Shown: positions 46,515 through 59,381, numbered from the whole stretch's first letter. The stretch is 59,381 bases of DNA, filler included, from Sphacelaria rigidula (GCA_964200075.2; 9 parts of 9 records of this genome joined end to end with filler, not necessarily neighbours in it), one strand, 5' to 3'. A program made the numbers and translations. Notes: generated from the letters alone by a model not told the origin.

Positions 46515-46720
46515 TTATTTGATTGTCGCACTTGAACTGACCACCCATGCGTCCAGCCGTGGTCGCATGATCGACGTACCCACGAAAAGCAAAACTGAAT
46601 TACTCCCTCAAGAAAAGAAGCAGAAAAAAGTCAAACAGAACGACATAGGATACTGAGACGTGAAAAAATGAGAGAAAGAAAGAAAGAAAATCAACAAAAG
46701 CAAAGCACAGAAAGAGATGG
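46515..46720 (-). mobile_element. Retroposon-like repeat (family C)
   Basis: TTTGATTGTCGCACTTGAACTGACC...TCCAGCCGTGGTC.CATGAT.GACGT..., colinear with 5015-5225. Confidence 0.7.
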
Positions 46721-47859
46721 CCGAACTAAAAAAAAGGAACAAAACATTTTAGGAAGGAAAAAGCCCAAGGGGTTCAGGGCAGCACACGAGTGGGCACCGC
46801 AGAGCCACCGGCTGAGAACATGATCAACGACCGATATGAGCAGACAGGATACTTCGATTGGCGGCCAGGGTACGATATGAAATTAGTGGTTTTTGGTGGG
46901 TACACCCACCGCGGTGCTGTTAGGTAAATCACGTTTTTTTTTCGCGAAAGTTGGTGTACATGCTGTGGTGTCGTGCCTTCGCGTCGGGATTGATTTTTGA
47001 GTGGTTTGGGCCTACATGTGATGGTATATGACTGAGGTCGAATACAGTACTGGGTGCCCAAACTATTCATTTAGTAATTTCTTCGTAATTGGCAATTTTC
47101 TTGGGCTCTTTCCTTTGCCACCGCTCATCATATTGAGGATCTGAAGATACTTGTATCCGTTCCACATTTCAAGAAAAAAACAACATCTATACTCAATATT
47201 GAGTGACTTCCGGACTGACCGGTCATCGGGAGTCCTGACACGTTTCAGCCCAGTTTGTGACTCTTGTGTATTTGTCGGTCGATCGAGCCTGTCCCGATCG
47301 TATTTGTGAAGAAATGTACAGGTTTATTTTTTCGAAATTCTACTTACTCATTGCACTAGAGCTGAAACCCTGTGTTTCACGGTTTATAACACCCTCCTGA
47401 TAAACGGGGTATCTACTCGTATCGCCCGATAAAACCAAGTAACACCAACATCGGCACTGGGGGGGGAAGACGATCTGTTTATTATACCAAAATCCACCGA
47501 CGCGAGCACTCTCGAGTTCTATCGAAGGGTAGTCGCGAGAAAACCCTTCTGAACAAAAAATAGATCAGGCGCCCAGTACTCAAGCACGGACAACTCCAAC
47601 TTGCGCGCTTTCCTGTACCTACTGTTGGGCTGAAATAGGTGATGTACCCGTCTATGTCTTTCGTCTATGACAAAATGATAATATCATTCTTTCCATGTCA
47701 GTAGATTTAATGTACGCCCCCCCCCTCCCCCGAACCTATTGTCACCCGAATGGTATCTACTGATTTGGCCTGTTACAAACAAATGACGATGCATACAAAC
47801 ACACAAAACATCTATAGAACGTGTAAACAACAAAGTAGTCATAACCCGCTCGCCCCCAT

Positions 47860-49215
47860 TTCTCTCCACCTGGAGATGAAATCGCTCCATCCCCTTTCCA
47901 GACACGTTGGGGGTGTTATCTACCGTTTTCGCTAGTTACATGGGCATTTACACGAACAGCGATGCCCCCGAACACATGGGGCACAGCGTTAGGACATATC
48001 CACCGTATATTATTCTCATGATCCACTTCTTCCATCATCCTCTTTCCCGGGGATGAAATCAGGGCATCCCCTCGCTGAGCATTTCTCAGCGGAAAGGGAG
48101 TGTCGTCCGACGTTTGAGCCATTTGTGGCCGGACGTCAATGATTGTGAACACGTGACCGATACCGATAGGACGCATACAATCTGCTCTAAGTAGTGATAC
48201 ATCTTGTTGTTTTTGACGGGATCACAGGGACCAAGAGAAAGACACTGCTCCATTCCCTCGCTAAACACGCGCAGAGGTCACCACAGGGCATATCACATAC
48301 GAGTGGCGACCCCCGAAACTCACAGAAGGCAATGTTCGACCGTACTTCCCCCATCCTTTTGGTTTGGAACCCCTTCCCCCTTCCCCCACCCCTTGCCCCT
48401 CCTCCCCGGGGATGAAATCAACGTATCCCCTTCCTGAACATTCTCAGCGGAAAGGGGGTGTTGTCCGACGTGTGAGCCATTTGCGGCCGGACAGCAATGA
48501 ATCTGAACACGTGATTGGTTCCAATAGAAAGCCTATAATCAACCCTAACTACACATTAAATGTGTTTCGTGACGGGGTTCCAGATACCACGGGGAAAATT
48601 TTCTTCCATTCCATTGCTAAACACGCAGCGGTCATCATCCACCGTCAGGGCATGTTATATACGAATGATGATGCCCTGAACAAGCAGAAGGCATCGTTCG
48701 ACACTCACCCCAATCTGTTGCTCTAGAACCCCCCCGCTTCCCCCCAACTCTTCCTCTCCAGGGATGAAATCAACGTGTCCTCTCCCCGACCGATTTCAGC
48801 CGAAGGGGGGTGTCATCTGACGTGTGAGCCATTTGCGGTCCAAACAATGAGACTGAACACGTGGCTGGTATCAATATAAGCCTACAACCTACCCCCACTC
48901 GTGATATTCAATGTATTTCTCAATGAGACTACATACACCCCGGCTAGGATGTAATCCCACCCCCCTCGTTACACACACGTACGTACTGAGATCACAATAT
49001 ACCGTCACGGCATATCAACTGCGAAGTGAAATTACCCTGAACACGCGAGTGGACATTTGAACGTATGAGTCTTCGTTTCTGATTCGAGACCACCCATCTC
49101 CCCTCCCCGACGATGAGATAAACGTACCTCCTCCCCAAAAACCCTCATCCGGGGGGATGTCATTTGACGTTGTTGCCGTTTTCGGGCGGACTACGTGATG
49201 CATCTGAACACATCA
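47860..49215. repeat. ~355-bp diverged tandem repeat (satellite-like), 4-5 units
   Basis: GGGATGAAATCA...CAGCGGAAAGGG.GTGT..TCCGACGT.TGAGCCATTTG.GGCCGGAC...TGAACACGTG at ~48049, 48408, 48761 and 49110, with a partial unit at 47870. Confidence 0.8.
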
Positions 49216-49899
49216 CAGTTATCGTCAAACCATCGCCATCATTACTGTGTACGCCTAGGATAGCCAAGGGCACCGTTCGTTTGCGATAGGACAAAGCAGT
49301 GGACACCATCCCCGGGGACGACTATGATCCTTTCCCAGAAAAAACCATGGACCTGACCTCCATATAAGATATCAACGCAGTGAAGATGTTTTCAACACTT
49401 GATGAGGTCTTGAATGTACTGCAACAGCCGCACGAAAGGGGCCCCATTTTAGCCCGTAAGTTGGTTTAAATTCAAATAGATTGGTCAGGATCCCTTCGTC
49501 CAAGTGCTCGAACTCAACGGGACTCACTTGTTCCAATCCCCCCCTCCTCATGAAGAGTCTGTGCTGCTGCAAACAACGGATGAATGATTTTCGAATCGCT
49601 CACCACGTCGGATGAGATTTTAAAGCCATCAAGCCTCTTAGCTCCTCTTGATGTTAAGGCTCACTTTTTCTTGTAACTGTCCACGATTTTCGAAGGGAAA
49701 ACAGGCCAAATACGATTTTTTTTTTTGCGGCGGCGCTCCCCGCGGGTCCCCCTCACCAGCCGGGGGGCGCCGTTGGTGCTCGTAGCTTCGGCTTCGCCGG
49801 TAACCAGAGCCGTCAGCCCATAGCCCTGTACATTACAGATTTGTCTGGAATCAGAACAAGGTCTCAGTGTTTGCGCCAAAGGCTTCCTCCCCAGCAGGT

Positions 49900-52600
49900 T
49901 TTCAGAGACTTCAAGGCAAAGCAGTTATAGAAATAGCTGTCTTCGTTAAACCGGAAGTGACCCACTTTGCTCTCCTCGCAAACACGGTATCTTACGCATT
50001 CAGCAGTAATCCTCCAACCAATCATAAGATGATCCAAACCCATATCCACATGCTACTATACTCCTCATGCTAGAGGTGCTGCTGTGCTTGCTTTACAACA
50101 CCGCCAAAGCTACGTTCTACCTAACGATAGAATAACGAGCTTGATCATCAGTAGACACCGACAAGCATGTTCACGCTGCCTCTGCCCGCCTGTTGGTGAC
50201 ACACGACCATGCAATATCATATTACACAGAAGAAATGGTAATTTGCACAACCCTGAACATCGACACTCGAAGGCAACATCTCGATCGAACTCAGTGACGT
50301 CAACCATTCAATGGCAGTCGTCAAGTCATGGCATACCCACACAAAGCAAACGCACCAAGCATAATACCATCTCAATCAGTAGCATTCGGAAATATCATGC
50401 ACTCTAAGCTTGATAGCGAACTTTGCCTGCAAACGTGCCCGTACCCGCTTTTTCGATGGCAAATATTTTACTTTGCCTTCAGGCGGCAAAGCTCAGCCCG
50501 AAACAAGGCTTCGGACTCCACCCCCGCAAGTAGCCTCAAACGTCAGGGAACTTGACATTTCAAGCATTCCCACCATTTTCATTGTATTCCACCAGAATTG
50601 CTCGCGTTATTCCTGCTCACAAACGAACTATGCATTTCGGGAGCGTCTCCCCTCATGTTCACGCCAGCAACAGCAATTATCAGCTCCTACAGTCAGTAGT
50701 GCAAACCGCACAACAATAATTTCGCCGCATTTTGCAAACAGGAATCAGCTTGATGTACCGCATCCAGCGTTCAGCAGAATTCGAAAACTGCTGCGAATGG
50801 ACCGTTCGCGCAACACCATGCACATCAATAACATGTTGTAGCGAAAATCTACACATGCATGCCAGAATTTCACCCAGCATATGCAATGAAACCTCACTCT
50901 GGAACACCGTGCGTCATGCGCTGACCAAGGGAAACCGACGCACATGAAAAAAAAGTGCACGTATGCACCGGCATGTCACCCGGCATAGGCAATACGATCA
51001 TACTCGTTCAACCGCCATGCCTCATGCGCAAAGAGCAGCGTAAACATGACTGCAGACAACGTCACAGCAAACTAGAATCGTGCAAGCGGTTCAAGAATAT
51101 GACACTTTTTGCGTTCTCTCAATCGTGGTCTCAACAAGCACTCAATCACACGCGCACGTGCTCCCCAGCATAATCCAACTCGGCGCTCACCACCAGCAAG
51201 CGCCTCAAGTAGTGCCTTCCGTGCAGTCCTCCAGCTCAATCCAGAGTAACAACAGCAGTCGGACCACGACATCATGCACATCATAGCCCAGCGTTTCCAT
51301 TCGAACACTCGCTCCGCGTACCATCGGTCCAGCTACATCTAGCACCCCCACAGTGCCACCCAGTTCGCCACCCAGCGGTATATTCGCACAGCCAAACCAG
51401 TGCGATACATCCTCTGCCCTCACCGATGCTTGCGCATTAACGAACGCTCGTGCTACATTAGTCAAGAGGAAACGAGATGCGAAGCGGGAACAGCAATGCA
51501 GTCCCACACAGCAACACCTCCCAATGGCATCACATCATCTTCCTCAAGCATCTGACCGTACATCGGCAGAGACCTCGATCAACACCGCCGAACACGCCAA
51601 ACCTGTCCATGCAACCAGCAAGGCTCGACGTCGCCGGAGGTTGTGTTATCGCTGATAGTATCACAAGCCTGAAGGTCACCTTGCGTATCCACTCCACGCG
51701 GGTCACACGCTTCTGCTGCTTCTAGAATTCACGACTTGTCCACAGCTACACGCTGCTCCGGCGACAATCCTGCCGACTTGGCATCCATCTCTCCTTCAAG
51801 CAGACAGCCTGCCAATAATCTGAACGATCTCCCGCCATATCGCTGGCGCAAACAGATTCGGCATGAACATGGGGAGCCCCAAGCTCGCTCTGCTCGTTCG
51901 CATTGCGTGAATAACACCCCCCTGCAGCTCCGAGCATGCAAGGCGTGTCCTCAGCTACACGCACTTTTCCCCGCCGTATCACGGTGGCATATAGGATCGA
52001 CGTAACCATCGCGAGCTCCGGGCTCACGCTGCGCTCTAGTATCATCACACATATGACAACCTCGACCCCAACCGTGCCAACAGATTCGGGGTTCGGGCTC
52101 GCGCTGCGCTCTGGTATCATCGCACATATGATATCCTCGGCCCCAACAGTGCCAACAGACTCGGGACACTGCACTTTTGTTGGCGCGCTGCTCTGCTTAT
52201 CACCAGATACAGCAATGGCGGCGCGCCGGCTAGCCGTCGTCGACATTTTATTCATTCCTTGGGAACCCACCTCCTTGTTTTTGAGCTTTGCATGTCCACA
52301 ACAAAATTCAGCTGCCTCCCGAGTACAGGAACAGCAACTCCGCCTGTACACCAAGAAGACGAGCTTTGTCACCACACTATGGCGATCACAGCACCTCTCA
52401 TCCACGCAGTTTCTCACCATGTTTTGAAGTCCTTCGTGGACTCCTTGCCTGATGCCATCTTCAATGGCTTCTTGCACCTTTTCACCGTCGCGTCTTCACC
52501 CCCTGTTATTGAACGAGCCTTGTCGCTTTTTGGCAGGGTTCAGCGACTCCGTTCAGCGCCATCATATTTTGTTTCCCCTATTTTCAATAAGTGGTGCGTC
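49900..52600 (-). mobile_element. Degenerate internal region of a Gypsy-related element (homolog of 54900-56700)
   Basis: Reverse complement of 51200-51960 aligns with 55130-55900 (e.g. RAFVNAQA.VRAED.S.WFG.A.IP..GEL in both); includes a 75-bp duplication at 52020-52165. Confidence 0.65.
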
Positions 52601-52873
52601 TTGTACAGGGTATGTGTGAGGATAAGTGGCACCTAAGTCACACCTTGGGTGTGATGGTGCTTTATATGCCCTCCTTTGGGCACGTGGGGAGGCTTAGCGC
52701 GGGAGCAAGAAGCTGGGAACAACAGACTGAATTATTCATCATACACGAAACATGCTCACAGTCACTACATATANNNNNNNNNNNNNNNNNNNNNNNNNNN
52801 NNNNNNNNNNNNNNNNNTTAATTAATTAANNNNNNNNNNNNNNNNNNNNNNNNNNNNNNNNNNNNNNNNNNNN

Positions 52874-53777
52874 ACCATGTGATGCGAGCACTGGAAAAGG
52901 CGCTGAAGCTGGACCCGAGCTTCGCGGTTCCAAACTCGCCATGGTCAAGTGGTACGTGTGAAAGGATGATGCGAGAGACTGTCCGTACTTTGAAGGCCAT
53001 ACTGCAAGAAGAGAGGCGCGACGTTCGTGGCTGGGTGGGACTGATGTCTGCCGTACAGTGGGCATTAAACACGGCGTCCCGCGAGCGCTACGCCAGTACG
53101 CCATACCATGTGATGTTTGGACGGGCGCCGCGCACAAGTTTTTCAACCGTGGCATCGTCGACCGGCGGTGAGTGGCGACTTGATGTGCTGGATGAGGACA
53201 TGCTGCGGGAGAAGGTGGCATCGGTTCGTGGAGGCGCAGCAAGCGGTGCACAAGGAGGTGGCGCAGCGTGTTGAGAAGACTCGTGAACTGCAACGACGTG
53301 TAGCTAGTAGGGGACAGTTGCCAAATTTCATGGTGGGTGATCATACGTTGGCTGCACCGGGTAGGCGCTTAGGAACAACGCCAAAACTCGTAAGTACGTG
53401 GACAGGGCCTTGGAGGATCGTGGCAGCGGAGCATCAACATGTGTACGAGATTCAGAGTATCGTGAATGGCGAGGTATAGGACGCGCATATCTCCCGTCTT
53501 CGGTACTTCGCGGACAAGGAACTGGAGGTGTTCCAGCATGCTTATGCGCAAGGAGAGTTTGAGATGGAGGCCATCGCCGGGATATCTGAGGCTCACGAAG
53601 GAGATGGCTATGATGTACGTGTGGAATGGAGGTTTCGACGACGATGAAAGTCCATAGGAGCCGTTGGATGTCATTTGGAGAGGATCGCTGCAGTTTGTAC
53701 GATCTGAAATGCGAAAGTTGAGACTGAAAAAGAATGTAGGGGAGCATCCAAAGACCAAGTATGGTATCAAGCTGTGA
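52874..53777 (+). pseudogene. Ty3/Gypsy integrase C-terminus with chromodomain-like tail (frameshifted)
   Basis: SPWSSGTCERMMRETVRTLK (integrase catalytic E region), AVQWALNTA...STPYHVMFGRAPR, GPY/F module FMVGD...KLVSTWTGPWRIV...HVYEI, then FEMEAI...YDVRVEW.GFDDDESP.EPL. Confidence 0.92.
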
Positions 53778-53952
53778 CTGTTTGTCCGGGTACTTCGTTG
53801 ATGGATTCTATCATGCGACCGGTGGTCGTGGAGTATGCCACTTGGTTATCGTTTGCATGATCGATCTTTGTTGACATCCCAGATTTATTGTCGGTGTCTA
53901 CTCATGATCAAGCTCGTTTTCTACCTTTGAGTAAAACGTAGCTTGGGGGTGC

Positions 53953-54286
53953 TGTAGAGAAAGTACAGTAGCACCTCTAGAATGAGGAGCACGGTAGCAC
54001 ATGGATATCAGTTTCGATCGTGTGGCAACGGTTAGAAGGTTGATTATTAAATGCGTAGCATATTGTATTTGTTCGGGGAGTAAAAAAGGGTCACTTCTAT
54101 GTAACGAAGGACTGCTGTTTGTGTGGTATCGCTCGTGCGAGAGGTGTGGGGGGTCGATCGATAGCTGGCGAGCTCAAGCGCGTTCCAGAAAAGCGGCGCA
54201 ATTACTGCCTGGTGGAGCCAGCGAGGTTTGCGTGTTCCACGCTTGGCCAGGTACGACCAGGAAGAGGAGTCTAAGAACTTCAAACA
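53953..54286 (+). mobile_element. Gypsy LTR with upstream PPT and downstream PBS
   Basis: TTGGGGGTGC PPT immediately before TGTAGAG; ends ...CAAACA followed by TGGTGAGACCTGCG (TGG-starting PBS, 54289). Confidence 0.65.
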
Positions 54287-54449
54287 CGTGGTGAGACCTG
54301 CGTGAGGAAGAGGCGCTGTGGCCATTGTCGTTTGGTGGCCAAGCGCGCCTTGGTGTAAGGAGAGAGTTGTTGTTCCTATGAGTGGATGGCGACTTCGTTT
54401 TTAAAAAAAGGTGGTGTGGAGTGCTGTACTGCTGACCGAAATGTACGTA

Positions 54450-54790
54450 CGAGGTGCAGGAGTATGTCGTGGTGGACGGCCATGTTGCTCGTGCGCCACA
54501 ACAATATGTTGTCATCGATGGTCGCGCTGTCCGTGTACGATTTCTAGATATGCCCTACTACGGTCGCAAGTTCTCAAGTGAAATATCTGCTCAGTTTCTG
54601 CGGAAGTATGAGGACTACCTTCGTGAGGTGCACGCAACGAACGCGTGTCAAGCACGCTGTTACGTCGTTGAGGAGCCAGCGTCTCTGATCCCATGCCCGC
54701 ACATATCGAGGAATGTCTATGCGACACATTTTTGAATGATGTGAATGATGTTGGGCAAAAGAAAATGCTCTTTGCGCTGGGCAACCATGC
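54450..54790 (+). pseudogene. Gypsy gag-like N-terminal fragment
   Basis: Follows the PBS; ...RFLDMPYYGRKFSSEISAQFLRKYEDYLREV...PAHIEECLCDTFL; its 'DTF' segment resembles 'SDTIFDG' of the gag at 58042. Confidence 0.55.
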
Positions 54791-56699
54791 ATCTTATGCA
54801 TCGCCGAGTGTGTTGCAAGACAGAGTGAAGGTCGGTGGCGGTGGAGACAGGCACGATATTTTGACGGGCAAGAAGGCGATACAACATAGGCCACACAACA
54901 TAGTCACACAGCCATTGCTAGCCCGAGGGCACAGGCACGAGACCGCAAGAGGCGTTACCGCTATTGCCGTCGAGGAGCAAGCCGGACAGGAGGTGGCGGC
55001 TGTAGCGAGTATGGGTGATACTGCTGCTGCTGTTGGCGATGTTGAGAGGGCGAGGCCCACATGGGCCAATGCGTAGGTACTGGTGGGCGGAGGTCCCAGT
55101 TGCTTGTTGCCGTCGGACCAGCGCGTAGCTGGAGATACTCCTTGCGTGCTCGAAGCTGCAGGGAGGTGTTATCCGCGTATTGCGAACGAGCAGGGTGAGC
55201 AAGGGGAGATCGTTCAGATGATTCGCAGGGGTGTCTGCTTAAAGAACAGGTGGATACCGGGGTGGCAGAATTGCCGCAGAAGCAGCGCGTTAGCTGTAGA
55301 CACACCTTGCATGATCGAAACAGCAGGGGCGTGTGATCTGCGTGAAGCTGCAAGCTTGTGATGCTGTTGGCGATCACAATTCTGACGGCGACGACGAGCG
55401 TCGCGTTATGTTGGCGTGGTCGTGTGCACTGCTGTATGCATGGATAGGTTTGGCGTATTTGGCGGCGTTGATTGCGGTGCCTTTGCCGCTGTACGGTCAG
55501 GTGCTGGAGGAGTTTGGCGTGATGACATCGGGAGGTGTTGCTGTGCGGGACTGTATGATGTTCCCGTTTTGCCTCTTGTATCCTCTGGAAAAGCGACTGA
55601 AGAACGAGCGTTTGTGAATGCGCAAGCATGTGTGAGGGCGGAGGACCTGTCGTATTGGTTTGGCGGTGCGCATATACCGTTTAGTGGCGAGCTGCGTGTC
55701 TCCACGAGGGTGCGAGCTGTAGCTGGACTCATGGCGCGATGAGCGAGAGTTCGAGTGGAAACGCTGCTCCTCGCTTTGCACTGGGTTGTGTGTGGTTCGA
55801 GTGCTGCTGTTTCTCAGGAGCGCGCTGGAGGACTACAAAGAAGGCATTTTCTGAGCTTTTTGCTGTTGTGGTGAGCGCCGAGTTGGGTGCTGATCTTGAG
55901 GAGCAAGTGCTGACGTGATTGAGTGCTCGTTGAGAATGAAGAAACACATCATGACTGGTATTCGCGAATCGTTTTGATAATGATCGCAGCTTATTGTTGT
56001 GTGGTTTGTTGTCATGTTTGCGCATGAAACATGGTTGTTGAGTGAGTATGATCGTATCGCGTGTGCAGGGTGAAATTCTGGCGTACACGTGGATATTTGG
56101 CATTTGTGTGTTGTGCTGATGTGGTTGGCACGGACGACGCATGGTGTTTGCTGCGAGGAAGGTGACATTGCATGTGCTGAGTAAAATATTGGCACGTATG
56201 TGTGGCTTTCATATGCTGAGTGAAATTTTGGCAGGCATTTGCGAATTTTTGCTCGAATGGTACTGATATGAATGGTATCCGGTGACGACCCAGGGTGGGG
56301 TAGTTTTCAATATACTGCTGTATCCTTATTGAGGAGAAGCTCGTATAATCTTGTTCGCGCAGGAACACAGTCGAATCATATTTGTGCGGTTTGCACGTAC
56401 TGCCCGCAGGACATATAGACTGCTGCTGTTAGCGTGAAAATGAGCAAAAACTACGAAATGCGTAGGCTCGTACTGACTGTAGGAGACGGTGACACCTGCT
56501 TTTAGCGTCAAAATGAGCTGAAAGATACGAAATGCGTAGGCTCGTCGTATGTGACTAGGTATGACGCGAGTGCCCTCGGCGGCTGAAGGTAAAGACATTA
56601 TGCGCGCATGCATCAATGATCTTTGACCGTGGCATGTTTTTGTATGGATTGTCACGTGTTTGAACGAGCACGTGGTTGGTTATTTGTTCACGTCAGAAG

Positions 56700-57625
56700 G
56701 AGCATGTGGATGACGCGTCCATTTGTTCGAAGAGCTGGTGCAGGTGGAATGCAAGAGTGTCGAGGAATTCAATATTTCTACATTTTGGCTGATGCACGGA
56801 AGGGATATGACGGTCCAAGATCCAAGCGACCGATGGGATATCACGGTCTTGAATCCAAGTTGGGATATCTTATCAGGGTGCTTCTTGGGATTTGCTCGAA
56901 TACAAGAGTTCGACAACGCGATCACGAGGGATGATCAATGATGGCGGAGGTCGAGGTCCATTCGCCGTCGTTGGGTTAGCATGCATGACTTTAATAGCAG
57001 TTTGAGTCATGGCTTTGCTTTGATTGTCTTGATGAAATGATGGCAAGTTGAAGTGTTGAAGCGTTGACGGCGGGGGGGCACGCGATGCATACATTTTTTA
57101 CGGTGTTGCAGAAGCAAGAGGCAGGTGCGTTTTGGACGTGTTGTGTGCATAATTATTTCTCGCGTGAGAATGATGTATCATTTGGCTGTTGCACTCCGTT
57201 GCGCGGGTGTTAAACGTACAAAGAGTGCATTTTGTATGTTGAGAAGTGCCTTGTCTCGGATGAGAGGGACCATGAATCACGGATGCTCTGGAATCTGACG
57301 CTCGTCGACGTCTCCGGTTTCGTGCCGATAAAGAGTCGAGAGACTTGTTTTGGGCGAAGATTTGAGAATTTGGCGCTAGCTATCGCTTTGCAACTCGAAG
57401 TGGTGCAAGAAGCGTGGTTGCATGTTCATGATGGACGATATTTTCTTGGGATCTCTCGCGAGTTGTTCGGAAGTGGGGCAAGCTTGTATGGAGCTGTTGT
57501 CGGAAGCAACGGGAGAGATCGGTGTTCTTTGCGGAAAACGACGGTACTATCAGGCACCAATGATGTCTGAGTTTGTTAAGCTCTGATGTAACTACTTGTT
57601 TGCAGTAGAGCTTTGGGGGTGCCGT
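56700..57625 (+). pseudogene. Highly decayed integrase-like region ending in a second PPT
   Basis: Faint similarity to 52900-53200 (DPS...NPSW, RRWV, WQVEVL); ends AGCTTTGGGGGTGC-CGTAG like the PPT/LTR junction at 53941-53957. Confidence 0.4.
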
Positions 57626-58041
57626 AGACTCCAGCTACTCTTGGTACGTAAGGCTAGGGATATTCTGTAGGTGGAGTTACGGGTCTGATTACCGGACTCT
57701 GTGATGGTTGACCTCCATGACGTGAGGCTTGGTTTTGCTACTCTGGTGGAGAGAGGCTATGGTCCTATTCTCCTGTACTATGCTGAGGACTAATACATGA
57801 ATGGCTAAAGCTGCTGAAGTCCATGTGCCCGTGATGGGAGGAGTCCACACGGCGATCTGATCTTGAGTGACAGAAGTCTCTAGCCCGAATATGGGCGAGT
57901 ATCAGTGAACAAGCCTCCAGATACTTTTACCAAAGGTAACGAGAATATGGGGGGGCAGTGGGGAAAAGTAACAAAGGCCGGTCGGTTGAGTGCGCACTCT
58001 TGACCATGCAGGAGTTAGTGCCCTAGCACATCCAGAATTGC

Positions 58042-59381
58042 GTGTCTGACACCATCTTTGACGGGCTGCTACTCGACGGAGAAGAATTGCAGCGAGGGAT
58101 TGCACGCCACGCCAAATGCTGGATTGATATTGAACTTGATCCTTCTGCAGCTCCAGCAGGCTTGAAAAAGTCTCTTGCCGCTCGGTCTGAACCAACTGCA
58201 ATGGGTCGAGTACAACGGCAATGGAGTTCATTACAGGAGTACTCTGCGGAAAATGCAGGTGCGGAGCGTGTTTTCCTTGACTCTGACCGTACGTTTAAGG
58301 CTGGTCCAGCACACATCATTACCAGAGCTATGGTCGCCGCTGACCCCACCTGCGTTCAAGAACAACGTTCAAAATATACTCTGTATGAAAAGAAACTGGA
58401 AAGAGAACCCGAGAGTGGTTTATGAGGTAGCTCATGACTTAGCGGAAAAGTGAAAGACTGTTGAGGAGGTTGACAAACACCGCCGCCAGCAACCGCAACT
58501 TAGGCAAAAAAGCGGCTCACAAGGCTCGAAAAAAGTGACATCGCATGCCGGCGCAGCGGCTGCGGCCGCTGCAGCGGGCAGTGGCGGTAAGAGCTCGAAA
58601 AAGCCCCACAAGCCTGATCCGAGCTATGCAGGTTGTTTCGAGTGTGGCGATAAGGGCCACTACAGGAAGGACAGTAAGCAAACAGAGCACACCTGCGGCC
58701 ACGATGAGTGCGTCAGGTGGACAAGTAAAGCCGTCGCCGCCGCCGCCGCCACAGCAGCAGCAGTAGCAGGTCCATGGTCAGCGGGGGGGAAGTAAAGGTC
58801 CTGCTCCCACAAGGGCTCTTTTTTCCAGGGGATGGAACGCAACGGGGTGCTAGTAGTGCGGATACCATGGTGCCGCCCCAGCCTTCCCCTCCTGCTCCTG
58901 CAGCTCAACCCCAACTGCCGTCGAGACCGGCTCAGGGAGTGGACGTCTCAGACAATGCCGGTATGGCGGGGTCTGCACACCGCTGAGGTTGCAAGTTTAC
59001 ATGCTGACGGTGTAATAGTTGACCGCAAGCAGCGATGCTGCCGGGCAGACTTGTCAGTTCCAGGTTCCACAGTCGAGAACGTTTGCCCTGTTACTGCCGT
59101 CTTGGATTCGGGGGCTGGCATCACTATCATGTCTGAAAAAGTGGCGGCCCAGTTGCAAGCAGTGTTCCCTGATGTATCAGTTGTCACGAGCATGGCTCGT
59201 GCACACCCGGTGTAACTAGCTGATGCTAATGTGCGAAGCATGTAGTTGAAGACGTGCCTAGTGCGCACCGCTCTGTACACCAGCTGGGGGCCGGTGGTGT
59301 TGGATCCGTGTGACTATGCGGTCATGCCAGGTGCCGATGATGTGGTGATCATCGGGAGCGGTACGCTGGAGGCCATGGGTA
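58042..59381 (+). pseudogene. Ty3/Gypsy gag-protease (frameshifted)
   Basis: Gag body, zinc knuckle CFECGDKGHYRKD(S) at ~58633-58675, aspartic protease VTAVLDSGAGITIMSE at ~59090-59135 and VMPGADDVVIIG at the end. Confidence 0.9.

Noticed and set aside
49360..49830. Short ORF 49372-49572 and a GC-rich segment ending in an A-run (minus) as an exon or SINE
   Set aside because: Single occurrence, no recognisable motif, Pol III boxes or TSD.
49900..56700. Apparent giant inverted repeat (49900-52600 versus 54900-56700)
   Set aside because: The two arms lie in different contigs separated by an artificial linker; their orientation and proximity are arbitrary.

Overview
Eukaryotic, repeat-rich DNA whose gene structure (short GT-AG exons, long TE-filled introns) and repeat families are most consistent with a brown alga (Phaeophyceae; inference). 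The window is not one locus. It is nine unrelated contigs of 6510, 6509 (x7) and 6508 bp joined by identical 100-bp N44-TTAATTAATTAA-N44 linkers, i.e. a length-sorted concatenation of unplaced contigs. Host genes that can be supported: four phase-compatible exons of an organellar-type isoleucyl-tRNA synthetase (-); a WDR53-like WD40 gene (-) head-to-head with the first exon of a probable mitochondrial trans-2-enoyl reductase (MECR-like, +); and two exons of a glyoxalase I/VOC protein with a possible thylakoid-lumen signal (+). The rest is mobile DNA: LINE fragments, a ~570-bp SINE-like element, Copia and chromodomain-bearing Gypsy remnants, a solo LTR, a hAT transposase C-terminus, MITE/foldback elements and minisatellites. 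The most interesting signal is a LINE/SINE pair that shares a ~60-80-nt 3' end finishing in ATGAGTAC(C)n, lacks poly(A) tails, and is bordered by C/G homopolymer tracts, repeatedly nesting in each other's tails. This suggests a poly(C)-targeting retroposon system. Also notable are a TGT...ACA MITE with a perfect 5-bp TSD carrying TTAGGG repeats, and an unclassified two-ORF element.
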